This document shows positions 30,743 through 44,335 of a stretch of DNA of 64,000 bases, piece after piece. Every line of letters begins with the position of its first letter. Positions within the stretch are counted from its first letter, which is position 1. The notes beneath the pieces are model-generated. The model was not told the DNA's origin, did not search any database, and saw only the letters and a program-made list of their open reading frames with translations. The DNA comes from the human T2T-CHM13v2.0 reference genome, Homo sapiens. A program made the translations under genes and the position numbers. The DNA lies in NCBI RefSeq assembly GCF_009914755.1, contig NC_060944.1, one strand, 5' to 3'.

Positions 30743-33029
30743 AGAAAGGGTTTAGTTTTATAAGGAGGCACTTGGGTGTCAGTTTATGTTAAGCCTCATC
30801 TTCTCTGGCTTGTCCTCTTCCAGCTGAAGCCCCTCTCTCCAGGTGTTCACATGCTGTCTTGCCCTGAGCTCAGGAAAGGATGAGAACCCCCTCCTTCGCC
30901 TGAGGTCAGTGGCAGGGGCGTTTGGGAACACTCAGGTGGGAAAAATTCACATAGTGTAGACATTTGGAAAGTAAAAAGTCAAACTCTTTGCCCGCTTTCC
31001 ACAATGCAGCCCCTGAGAGGTGACCCAGTTACCTGGACTTTACTACGTAAGTTCCAACGCAAACAAAACGGGCTTTGGGTATGCTTGGGCTCATTATGGG
31101 AGGAGTCAGGAGAGAGAGAAAGCCATTTTCACTATGAGCAACATAGAGCTCTGAGTTAATTAACTTGAATATTTTGAAAAACGTGACTTTGGCTTGTGCC
31201 CTGAGGTGTCTTGGGTTGGATTTCCCTAAAAGCAGATCTTGAGACAAAGATTTGAGTGATGATGTTTATTGTTGTGGGGCGGGGAGTAGGGTTAGGGTTT
31301 ACATCCTGAGTCTACAGTCACGAGTTGGGGCAATTCACCCCACGCATGATGGGTGCGTGCTGCAAAGTGACCTGCAAAGGGCATGGATGTGGGGAGAGGT
31401 GAAGAATGGGTCCAAATGATGCAATCCCCCCACTTAGCTCCCGCGTCTTGGATCCCAGAGCTGCCTGCCTTGCTCCTTCAGCATTGCTTTGATTCTGTGA
31501 GCCACCTTATTGCTTCAGTAATTTCTCTTTTTAACTTCATTTGCTCAGAGCTGAATTCTGTTGCTTACTATCAAGGAATCCTAACAGATTCAGATTCAGA
31601 CAGGTTAAGTTTTAAATGTCACACAGCTGGTGGGTGGCAGAGTTGGGATTCAAACCAGACTCCAAAATCTAGGCTTTTTCTACTGCACTGACTTGAATGA
31701 AATCTTCCTGCCTCAGGAGGAGTGTGGTATTGAAGTAAGAACTGGGAAAAAATGGGAGAGGAATGAATAAGCTTCCCAAGACCCACACTTGCCCCTGGGG
31801 CCAAGGGCATTCCAGCCCAGATGGCCTGGTATTGACAGACTGTAATGGCGGCTCTCAAACTGGTGTGTGTTTTGAGACCTTTTTCAAAATACACATGCAT
31901 TGGCCCCATGCCGGGAGATTCTTATTCCACTTATCAATAACACTTTCTTGGCTTCTTTGAGTATTCATTCTTTACCAAGTTTCCTATCAAAAAGAAAAAA
32001 AAGGAAAACTAAAAACACTCTGATGGAAATCATTGACTAGAAGAAATGGGCCTTAATGAATCCTGCCTAGAAACAGCAGAACATCTTCCCAACAGAGGGG
32101 CATTTTGTTTTCTCTCTTGTAATATTGTGTATCAGCCAAGATTGTGTGACTGCTTTTCTTTCATTTTAAAAGTAAAACATTCGGTTTTGGGGCTTTTCTC
32201 CTACATTTAATTCAGTTTGTACATTTTTTGAAGCTCTACCAGTTGAAAACATCACTAAAAACACACACAAGCTGGGAAGAGAAAGTTAAAAGCAGTGACA
32301 AGTTCATCATGCTGTTTTTGAGGACCAGCTCTGTGTAACACACGTGGCTTGCAAGACTTTGAAAAGTGAAGGCTGGGGTGTAGCTGATCTGGGGCAAGGA
32401 TGGGGAGATGAGAGATGCCAGGTTATCCAAAGGCGTAGCTTGTTCAGGGAACTGGGAGTAGATTTTGAGAAACTACATGCCCAATAAATGGCCTGAATCA
32501 CACACATGCAAGTCTTTTAAAACAGAAGGTATCTAGCATTTAAGTTCAGAAATCCTTTGGTAGGGATGAGAGCTGGGAGGTGCTGGGGTGGCTTGCAGCC
32601 TCAGGAGTTCACATTGTGCAGCTGGTGGCACATTTTTGGCCTCTGTATCATTTGAGTTTGAACTGGGAATAAAGCCTATAGCTCCAAAACCTTACTGTTC
32701 CCATCGCAGACATCCTCAGTGGAAGAGATAAAAGATATCCCTAGACAAAGGCATCCAGGGCCATGGGACATTGGTGCTGTGCTATCCTTTGAGGGAAATG
32801 GTAAATGAGAGTTGGGGAGAGGGTGTGTGAACCAGAATTGCACACCTGCTTCCAGCCACATCTTATGATACATGCACCCGCTTCACCACACAACACCATC
32901 CGTGACCCAAGGGGACTCTTTAGGAGGGAGGATGAGGATATGTTATGGGTAGGACCAGCGGGGGCCACTGGGTTTCTGTACAGCAAAAGCAGGACTGGGG
33001 ACAGAAGGAGGCCCCACACAGGCAAACGT

Positions 33030-33445
33030 CTTTTTTAACTTGTAGGTTCAGGGGTACATGTGCAGGTTTGTTATATAGCTAAACTGCATGTCACGCGGGT
33101 TTGGTGTAAAGATAATTTTGTAATATGCATAAGTATCCGATAGGTGTCTTTTCTGAGCCTCTCCCTCCTCCCACCCTCTATCCTCAGGTAGGCCCCAGTA
33201 TCTGCTGTTCCCCTCCTAGTATCCATGTGTTCTCATTGTTTAGCTCTCACTGATAAGTGACAACACATGGTATTTGGTTTTCTGTTCCTGTGTTAGTTTG
33301 CTTAGGATAGTGGCCTCCAGCTCTATCCATGTCCCTGCAAAGGGCATGATCTCATTCTTTTTTATGGCTGCATAGTACCCCATGGTGTATATGTACCACA
33401 TTTTCTTTATCTAGTCTGACATTAATGAGCATTTAGGTTGATTCC
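33030..33445 (-). mobile_element. L1PA/PB 3' end fragment
   Basis: ggggtacatgtgcaggtttgtta...gtatatgtaccacattttctttat. Confidence 0.88.
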
Positions 33446-33604
33446 ACAGACATACATTTTTATTTGCTGAGCCCCAGCCTCGTAACGGAGAGACCCAGCT
33501 AGAGATGAGGGTGGAGTGAAAGGAGGGGAAAATGTAGATGAGAGATGGCTGAGGTGAAACTTTATAAATAACCATGTTATAAAACCTCAAAAGGTAGGAA
33601 GTGA

Positions 33605-34001
<397 letters not shown>

Positions 34002-34358
34002 TGTTTGTTAGTTTTTTGGTTTTTTTTTTAAACAGCAAAAGCCCTCCCTGATATTCACTGTTTTCCCCATGGCACGTTCATTCCCACAGAATGCTCTTGG
34101 CATCATGACGTGCAAAGCTAGAGTTTAGACTGCAACTTCCTTGTTATTTAATGCCAACTAACTAAATCTGAGTCTCTGGATATTGAATTTCAGAGAGTTC
34201 TGAAGTCAGCATCTCCCCATTTACTTCTGTGCACCTTCCCAGGCTAGTTAATATCACAACCTTTCTGAGGCCTGTCTGGTGGGTTCAAGTTTTACAGGCT
34301 GGGGGCTGACTTCTATTTTATGTCTTGAGGTAGTGATTGTTGCTATTTTTCTTAAAGC

Positions 34359-34454
34359 AGACAGGAACAGCTCTTGAAAGGGACATTGTGCACATGTACC
34401 CTAAAACTTAAAGTATAATAATAATAAAATAAAAAAATAAAGAAAGGAACAGCT
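34359..34454 (+). mobile_element. Extremely 5'-truncated young L1PA insertion with TSD
   Basis: acattgtgcacatgtaccctaaaacttaaagtataata plus A tail. TSD agacaggaacagct / agaaaggaacagct. Confidence 0.85.
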
Positions 34455-37400
34455 ATTAATTCCACGTTTTCCTTTGCAGGCAGCACTTTAACACTCTAAG
34501 GGGGATAATTTGGCAATTGGATTGGTTTAGACAAAAGTCTGGCAACTCCCAGAACTAAATGATAGAGTCTGTCATCTGTGCCTGATGGTCGCTCAAATAG
34601 GCTACTGTAGTTATTATTTTTCCCCCTAAGCTCTTTTAGCCTCACCTTAAAAACTGTTACTAATGAAAATGGCACATCAAGGCAGGCAGGCTCTCCAAGA
34701 AGGCAATTCTTGTAACAGAAAGGTGGTTAAAATCTAGATACTCAGACAAGTGAAAAATACCTTGGAATGAGAAACTGCAATGTGTTAGCAGTGATTGCTT
34801 CTAGGTGGTGGAGTTATGGAGGAATTTTTAATGTTCCTGTTTTTAAACTGATGCACAGAAGTCATGAATTACTTGTGTAACAAAGATTGCATACATAAAA
34901 AACAAAAACAAAAGTTAGATATGTGAGACCTTGTAAACAACGCATTTCATTTTGACACATTCAGTGCCTTTGAAAATTTAACTGGGGAATGATCAAACCC
35001 CAGGTAGTTTGGAACAAATATTTTCTAATAGCCAAACAACTGGTTAAGAGCCATCTTGTCAAATGGTTAACCGGTGTAAAGTCTCCTTGAAGAAACAGCT
35101 GAGTATACTGGTGAACCCTCCATAAGTCAGGGGGCCCCATCAGTGGGGTTATACTGACCAGGCATAGGATGCAGGCAGTCCATCTCAAAGATGCCCGGGA
35201 AGTAGCTTTTCACAAAGCCTTTGCCTCAAGGAAGCATCCTTCTTTGCAACCACCAGAAATGCACTTAAATCCAAGCTGGGGAGAGGAATCTGGGGTAGAT
35301 AGCTGTGGTGTGTGTCACAGAACCCAAGTCAGGACTCTTGGGGACCCAGAATCACAGCTTGAGGGTCATCCTAGCTGCTTGTGTCTCCCCTCTCTGGGGG
35401 CTCTGCCTGGTTCTCTACATCTTAATTTTGTGTCTGCTCCGTCCTTCTCTTTCCCTGTGCCAGACCCAATTTGGACAGACTTCCTAGTTTTAAAGCCCAG
35501 GAATCTGACATGCCTAAGAGAGAGAGAGAATTTAACTGACCCAGCTGGGTCAAGCATTTACCCGGGTAGCCAGTAGCCCACAGGGTGCATTTGTGTTACT
35601 TGAAAAGGGCACCCTTTCACCAGGCAGATGCAGCCCTGAGCCAGTGCTCACAACCTAGGCTTCTCTTGCACCTACCCACTCCTCTCCTTGTGCAGAGCAC
35701 AACCCAGGCAACAGCCCATGACAACGCTTGTCCATTGTCGATCCAATTAGCTGTGGCTAATTGGGGTAGAGGCTGGCAGATTCACATAGTGTCTTCTATG
35801 CAGGTGGGTGGGGAGGGCAGCACTTCTCTCCTCCATTCCCGTGAACAGAAACAGCTCTAGAACTTTCCCCCCTACCCTTCTCAGGCAGAGCATGCTACTG
35901 TGGGGCTGGAGGTATTCTGTCCTGGCATATTCCATTAAGAAACTGCAAACCTTTTTTGTAAGTGTGGAGGATATGATTGAATAGAATCATAGATAAATGT
36001 GTTACTATGTATAGCTAAAGGAAAAAACAGAGCTCGTGTGGGCTCAATCTGTACCATCAAATAAATGAGTGAAATCAAAGGTAATTTTTTGGGACTTACC
36101 ATTGAAAAACAAGTGGTTTATTATAGGAAGGAATAGACATTCTTCTTTGAGAAATTTCATTTCAGAAACTTGAAACACCTAGGAAGGCACAGGGTCCTGT
36201 CTGCCAGGAGAGGGGCAGGGGTAGGTGGAGGCATGTCTAGATGGCTTCTCCAGCCCCCACTCCCTACCCTGAATGAGGATATCCAGCTCAGAGAAAGACT
36301 ATTTGTCTTTGAACTCTGTTAGAAGCCCTTCCCTATAAAGTGGCACATGGCTTTCTGAAATCTGTTTGTAATTTTCAGCCTTGTTCCCATATCAGACATA
36401 AAAACCCATCTGCATTTTTCCAGAAATCCGCTGGTGTCCTCTGCATCACCCAGGCCTCACTTCCCCCTCCTGTGCTTGATGAGACTCCAGGCTGTGTCAA
36501 GGGCCCCTGATTCTCTTTTCGTCTCTCCCTGCAAGAGCAGGCTTGCCTGACGGGTCATTATTCACTTTAAAACTAGGAAGACTGGCCAAGCTGGGTTTGA
36601 GGCAGGGGAAGAGAAGGATGGAGCAGAAACACAATGACCAGTGACTGGGCTTCTTTTCTCCGCTGTTCTGGTGACATGGAACTTCCATTGCCACTGACTG
36701 CCCTTCCCTCCTCTCCTCACCATTCCTTTAGACCCAATATTGCTGGGCACGTATTTCAAAATGTCATCCTATTAGCCTTTGTGAAATGACAAGGCATTTT
36801 CTCTTCTTATAGTTGGAGGTCAACATACTTATAATTGACCTTAGACTATTTTTTGAGATATTATGGATGCTCCTAGGTTTTCTATTTCAGATTGTATTGT
36901 GTGTTTACTGCTACAAAAATAACTAACTTGATTCAGTTTAAGGCTCACCTCTGGGCTGGATAGGACACTCCTGGCAGGGAATATCTATAGTCACACTAGC
37001 AACTTGGGCGAAATTGGTCGAATCAATCTTATTTGGAGCAAAGCGTCTGCAAAGGTTCGAAATTTCTTCTAACTTCCCACCCTAGTGTGTTATTTTCTTT
37101 CTCAGAGAATATCGGGCTATACGTCATGTCTTACACTGTAGGTGTGATGTGACTTAGGCATCTAACTATTCAGTGGTGCCTTGGAAGGTTGTAAAAGTCT
37201 AGAGAGAAAAATAGTTTGGCCTATTTTAGAGATGTTTGGTTTTAAAAGCTGTGGAGAATTTGTAGGAGCCAGGTTGTAAAATGCAGATGAAATCCCTGAG
37301 CAACAAAAGACACTTATGGGAAAGTCACAATGTAGACGCAATGACTTTCGTACACACAGTTTAGGAGTTTTTTCGTTGAGCCATAAAATTGTTGGGATGT

Positions 37401-38067
37401 AGAGTCCAAGGAACTCAGAATAGCAAGCCAAGAATAACATTCATGAAGAGATTTAAAAATGCTTTTTGCCAGGCAGGAAGTGATGGAATAGAGAATCCTC
37501 AGACTGGAGAGAGTTATTGAGAAAATGGTTCAGTCATTTAATCTTCTAATTACACAGTTGGAAATCTTCTGGAGTGTTTTGGTAAGTGTCCAGAGTTTAG
37601 GAGGCACGCTGGCAGAGAAAAAATAATCTAATGAAGCATTATTGAACAATTGTGAAGGTTGGTCATCAGAGCACTCATTTTATATTACCCTCACTAGGAC
37701 GTGAAATTGCTGTGAGTAGAAACTGGAGATGAGTGAACATGTCTTCTTATGCTTCTCTATTCTTATTTCTCTCAATTACTCAGGCTGCAAAATGACTTAC
37801 ATCTTACACCTGAAAACACGCTTACAAACAGGCACGCTTGGTGGCTCTGGTTCTCTGCCTTAGCTGTACATTGCAGTCACCCAGGGAGCAGTGAAAGAAA
37901 CACTGATATCTGGAGCGTAATCCCAGGGATTCTGACTTAATTGGTCTGGAGTGTGGCCTGGATTTGGGGATTTTTAAAAGCTTCTCCAAATGATTCTAAT
38001 ATGGAGCAAAATTTGAGTTCTCCTATTATGAGATTTTCTTACAACTTTTTTCAACAAATGTGTTTGA

Positions 38068-38506
<439 letters not shown>

Positions 38507-40410
38507 TGAAAATAAGTATGTATATAGAAATTCACAAGATGTTGATTTTAAGTTTGATACGTTAACTGAAAAATCACAAGGTGGTCTTAAATTTGGAGAG
38601 GAGACTTTATTTCTTATAAAGGGTTACAGCCTGCAGGGTGGCCATTCTGACAGGCTGGGAAGCACAGCCTCCAGCAGAAAGCAAAGGCGGGCAATTCATG
38701 GGAGGGAAAGAAAGATGAGAAAGAAATTTATGCTGAATGGGCTGGCCAAGTATACACATTCAACAGGTTATAGGAGGCACTATGGATATACACGAAGGTG
38801 GTCGTAACTCATGCATGATAAGCAAACATATGTGTTACATGCATCCCATGTTCACTTTGAGGTGGAGACTTAACATATAAGTGCATTATAATTAGGCACT
38901 ATCCATCAAAGGGTGAAACAGAGGCATGAAGGCACTCACGTGTGCAGCCTCTGTAAACCGGCCAGAACCAGTCCGTAGTCAGTGGTCTCTTGCAGGGCGA
39001 GGTTACTGAAACCAGTCTCTTGTCTCATCAAAGCTGTAGTTATGGCTTGTGGAATAGGGGGTTAGTTAGTCAGCGTCTGGTGGTGGATGAGCTGCAAATT
39101 GTTTTAATATTGCTTATCTCAAGGCCAGTGATCGTTTAGCTGCTAGAGAAAAAGAAAAACCTCGTGGCAGTTAGAAATTGCTTATTCTTTAAGTGTAGGG
39201 AGAGGTCCATGATGTAACCTTTGCCTGGCATGGCCTCAGGTCTTCTTAATAATTTGTATCTTATTGCCACAAAAAGTCCATTCTGTCAGTTTCATGATAC
39301 CTATTTGAATATTAATGCTGGTCAATTGTTGTTTCCAAACCACAAAAGGGAGGGAATAGAATGAGGAGTGACTGACTTCCCATCCCATCACAGCTGGGAA
39401 CTCAGGTTTTAAGGTTTCTTTGGGGTTCCCTTGGCCAAAAGGGGTCCATTTAGTTGGTTGGGGGGGCTTTAGATTTTATTTTTGTTTCTTATTTCCCCCT
39501 TTTGGCTGAGATTTTTCAGAAGCAGATTGATTGCCAAACTTTTATTTTTGTTCCATATCATTGCCCGGATGGTGTGGCCACCTGCTCTGAATCCATCCAT
39601 TCTGTTGGTGGGACCCCTATGTTCAAAAGACTTACAGCCAAAGATGTACAGCCAATTCACATTCCAGGCCATATGGGAATAGAGGTGAGCAGGCACTTAT
39701 TAAAATTTTTAAATTTTAAACCCTTAAATTTTCTAAGCAGCGTAAGAGCCGAAAACTAAAAGTCAAAAAAGCAAACTTATAAAATTAACTTATCTATAAG
39801 TTTTATTCATCGAGCCAGACTTGTAGCAATTAGCTTTATAAAACAGAAGCATTTTGTTAAAACCATTTGAGCTAAGGAATTTAGAGATTTTTTGTTGTGC
39901 CGTAATGCCTTCTGTGATCTTTTTAGTAATTTGTTCTAAGTGACTGATAAAATTTTTTTTATCATATCTCTATTTGTATAAACCCCATAACCAGGAACAC
40001 CTACACCAGTAGGCTTTGTCACCAGGTATCTCAATGTCGTCTTGGTAACTCTTCTTTAAGTCTATGGGAAGCAGGAAATTCTTTATGGTCAGGATGGATG
40101 GAAAGAGGCCACATAGTGGCCCAGGAGGCAAAGTCCTTCAATTTGTCAGCTATTTAGGCGTCGGTGTGCCTGTTTTTGATTTGGAGGGTCTGAACTAATT
40201 TTACCCCTCAAAACTGGAGTCTCATGTGTCCATCTCTTTCATGATAGTCCCTGGGCCTAGAGGGAGGGTACTTGGTATTGTATAGCATTAATAGCAGTGT
40301 GTTGGCAATGGATAACATATTGGGTCCAGCGTGATTGAATAGTTTTCAAATTTTGGAGACAGGTAGAGAGACAAAAGTAAACTTTGTTACTTTATCTACT
40401 TGCTGTAAGC

Positions 40411-40738
40411 CAGTGGTCTCCCACCTTTTTGGTACCAGGGACTGATTTCATGGAAGACAATTTTTCCACGGGCAGTGGGGTGGGGAGGATGGTTTGGGGA
40501 TGAAACTGTTCCACCTCAGATCATCAGGCAGGCATTAGGTGCTCATAAGGAGCATGTAACCTAGATCCCTGGCATGCACAGTTCACAATAGGGTTGACAC
40601 TCCTGTAAGAATCTAGGCTGGGCTGATCTGACAGGAGGCAAAGCTCAGGTGGTAATGCTCGCTTGCTGGCTATGCAGCCCGGTTCATAACAGACCACAGA
40701 CTGGTATCAGTTGGTGGCCTAAGGCTTGGGGATCCTTA
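40411..40738. mobile_element. MER1B hAT-Charlie MITE nested in the ERV internal region
   Basis: cagtggtctcccacctttttggtaccagggact... with an 8-bp TSD ctgtaagc on both sides. Confidence 0.88.
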
Positions 40739-41740
40739 CTGTAAGCTCTGTTTAGCTCAAAAGAAAAAAGGTGTTTTTTTTAAAAAAAATTATTATTTTC
40801 TTAGAGATGGGGTCTTGCTATGTTGCCCAGGCTAGTCTCGAACTCCTGGGCTCAGGTGGTCATCCTGTCTCAGCCTCCCAGGGTACTGGGATTACAGGTG
40901 TTAGCCACTGCACCTGGCTAAAAAAGGTTTTCTTGACTCTGGGAAACAAAACATAAAGAATCAGCAACATTTCCAACAAAAAGTTATAAGCTTTGTCTAG
41001 TTTTGACAGTGACAAGAAAAGGAAGCTCACAGCTAGCTAAGCATTTGAATTATGTAACATCAAAACATAGAACAAATTGTAATAATTTAGAAAGAGGCAA
41101 AATTATTAAATAAGTCTTAATATCTTTGAATCCAGGCCTGGCCCCGTGTCTCATAACAGCAGTTCATTTTGATTGTTGCCTTCTTCCGAGTCTGAAGATG
41201 AGGTTTTGGTTCACTTGAGTTTGGTGTCAGATACCGGTATTAATATTTGAGATTAGGTAGGAGTCAGTACACTTTCAGATAAGATATGTGTACCCAGGAG
41301 TCGACTCCCTGTAACTTAGCAGCACTAGGATTAGTTAATAGCACCTGGTGAGGATCCTTTTGGTGGTACTGGAGGGAGTGCTTTAACTGATGTCTCTTAC
41401 AGTATATGTAGTCATCGGGCTGGAGGTGGTGATACTGGAGTTCATGACCTGACTAGAAACTGAAAAAAGGTTCTAAACGTTTTCAGCTCCCAGCAATAAG
41501 TGTAAGTTAGAGACTTAATTTAGGATTTAATTTTGAGGACATTTGTCAAAGATGTTAAAAGCCTCAAAACATTTCATCAAAACAGAATCACAGGTCATTG
41601 TAAAATAATAGTTATTCATTTAACCAAGAATGATAATCAAAAGACCTCAAAGACAATACAGAAAACTACATGGATGTAAACCTTAGCCTTTTTAAAGCTT
41701 AGTTTTCCTAAGCAACAAAAAACCTGATAAAGGCAACACA

Positions 41741-41894
41741 GGATTGGGCATGGTGGCTCATGCCTATAATCCCAACACTCTGGGGTGCTGAGGCAGGAGG
41801 ATCCCCTGAGCCCAGGAGTTCAAGGCTACAGTGAGCTGTAACTGTGCCACTGTACTCCAGCCTGGGTGACGGAGCATGACTCTGTCTTAAAAAA
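41741..41894 (+). mobile_element. Alu monomer (FRAM-like)
   Basis: Single-arm Alu with short A tail. Confidence 0.8.
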
Positions 41895-41940
41895 CAGAAA
41901 GACTAAATAGGAACTTATCTTAATAAAATGTAAAATATTT

Positions 41941-42849
41941 TGTCATTGCTGTATCTCGTGGCCAATCCACTCATCTGAACTTTCTGCTGATTGAATTGTG
42001 CTGAATGGAAAAGACAAACTTTTTGGTAACACCTTGAAATTCACTTTTAGAAGCCTTGATCAGATCTAATTCTAAATCCATTTTCTTCTGCAAATTTCAA
42101 ATCTTCAAATATATACTTATAAAGTACTTCACTTTTCCCAGTCCTTAATATATAAACAAGCAAACAAGTTCTAGAGTTATTGAATCCAAAAGAGCATGAA
42201 TTGTATACAGTTGATAAAAAAAACAGTGAGGAGAGTTTTGAAAGTGCCATTCATTCACCAAAATGAACTATGTGCTAGTTTTTCTATGTTACATTTAGTG
42301 GTAAATATAAGAAGTCTAGATTCTTCAACAGTCAAATCCCTAATCAAGAATAGATTACCATTTAACATGTTAACTCTGGAGGAACCGCAATATCAGGAAG
42401 TGTCTTTGGTTCAGAAGGTCACTGAGCTTGTTGAATTCTTTTTCATTTTCTGATGAAGGGCATTTTTTAAAAAGGCTATGCGTGAAGGGGCAGAAATCAT
42501 ACATGATTAAATAATTTGGCAGGGGAGATTTCTTATATTTTTCGCCTGTATTTTCACTTCTATGATCAAGTTGGCACCCAAAATTAATTCCAAAAATCCA
42601 TCCCTTGCAAATTGGCACCCATATGTATCTTCTTAAACCACACTTAATTTCCAAATGAAAACAATAGTAGGGTAATAGTTTCATCTAAGATGGTGCAACT
42701 ATCCCATGATTGTGATTTTTTGGGATTTTAGACGTTAAGGATTTTAGACTTTAGGGATTAAGATTTTAGGAACTTTGATATTGCAGCATTTTAACATTTG
42801 GGATTATGACATTTGGGATTGTGTTTTTTGGGGATTATGATCCAAACAC
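41941..42849 (-). mobile_element. MULE/MuDR DNA transposon (Ricksha-type): terminus plus transposase fossil
   Basis: Terminus gtttggatcataatccc with repeated aatccc/aaaatcc units. Manual translation gives W*MNGTFKT, YQLYTIHA, LVYILRTGKSE, DLEL..IKASKSEF and C.FH. Confidence 0.8.
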
Positions 42850-43253
42850 CACTGGGCATGTAGTCTCATCCTTGAGCAGGCTAGCCTGGGTTCACTCACG
42901 TGGTGGTCTTAAGGTTTCAAGAGCAGCAAGAAGGCAGCCCCAATGTACGAGCACTTCTTCAGTCTCCGCTTGCATCCTTTGATATTGTCCCATCCGCCAA
43001 AGCGAGCCATATGGCCAAGTTCAGGGTCCATGTTAGAACGCACTGCCAAAGAACGAGGGGTACTGGAGGCCTAAACAAATTAGATTCGTTATTGCAAACA
43101 GCCTGCCAAGGGGGTCTGCCACCTTAATGCCACCAATTCTCCCAGCTTCTGCATTACCTTTTATTTTAATATGAGAATAGAATGGCTCAAGCCTTCATCT
43201 CATAAACTCTGGGTATCCCTTTATTCCCCTTCCTGGTATCTCCAAAGGTCCAT

Positions 43254-43254
<1 letters not shown>

Positions 43255-43302
<48 letters not shown>
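43255..43302. repeat. (GT)24 microsatellite
   Basis: Perfect dinucleotide run. Confidence 0.98.
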
Positions 43303-43304
<2 letters not shown>

Positions 43305-43336
43305 TGTAAAGGAAGTGATGCAGGATAGGGGGCACT

Positions 43337-44335
43337 TCTTTTTATTTTTATTTTTAATATTTTAAGTTCCAGATTCATGTGCAGGACATGCAGGTTTGTT
43401 ACACAGGTTAACATGTGCCATGGTGATTTGCTGCACCTATCAACCCATCACCTAGGTATTAAGCCCCACATGCATTAGCTATTTATCCTGATGTTCTCCC
43501 TCCCGCCACACCCCCCACGGGCCCCAGTGTGTGTTGTTCCCCTCCCTGTGTCCATGTGTTCTCATTGTTCAGCTCCCACTTATAAGTGAGAACACGTGGT
43601 GTTTGGTTTTCTGTTCCTGCGTTAGTTTGCTGAGGATAATGGTTTTCGACTCCATCTATGTCCCTGCAAAGGACATGATCTCATTCCTTTTTATGGATGC
43701 ATAGTATTCCATGGTGTATATGTACCACATTTTCTTTATCCAGTCTATAATTGGGCATTTGGGTTGATTCTGTGTCTTTGCTATTGTAAATAGTGCTGCA
43801 ATGAACATATGTGTGCATATATCTTTATCTATAATAGAATGATTTATATTCCTCTGGGTGTATAACCAGTAATGGGATTGCCGGGTCAAATGGTATTTCC
43901 GGTACTAGGTCTTTGAGGAATCACCATACTGTCTTCTACAATGGTTGAACTGATTTACATTCCCACCTACAGTGTAAAAGCATTCCTATTTCTCCACAAC
44001 CTCGCCAGCATCTGTTGTTTCTTGACTTTTTAATAATCACCATTCTGACTGGCATAAGATGATATCTCATTGTGGTTTTGATTTGCATTTCTCTAATGAT
44101 CAGTGATGTTGAGCTTTTTTAAAAATATGTTTGTTGGCCGCATGTATGTCTTCTTTTGAGAAGTGTCTGTTTATATCCTTTGCCTACTTTTTAATGGGGT
44201 TCTTTGCTTTTCTCTTGTAAATTTTTTTAAGTTCCTTGTAGATTCTGGATATTAGACCTTTGTCAGGTGGATAGATTGCAAAGTTTCTCCTATTCTGTAG
44301 AATGTCTGTTTACTCCGATGATCTTTTCTTTTGCT
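43337..44335 (-). mobile_element. L1PA 3' ~1 kb (ORF2 C-terminus and 3'UTR)
   Basis: CTHMFIAALFTIAKT...WIKKMWYIYTMEYY on minus. Confidence 0.95.

Larger units (their letters stand above)
38560..41940 (-). mobile_element. MER4-group ERV1: 3' LTR (38560-39491) plus truncated internal region
   Basis: LTR start on minus ...aaaaataaaatctaaagcccccccaaccaactaaatggacccc, preceded by PPT aaaagggggaaa (39492-39503). Confidence 0.72.
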
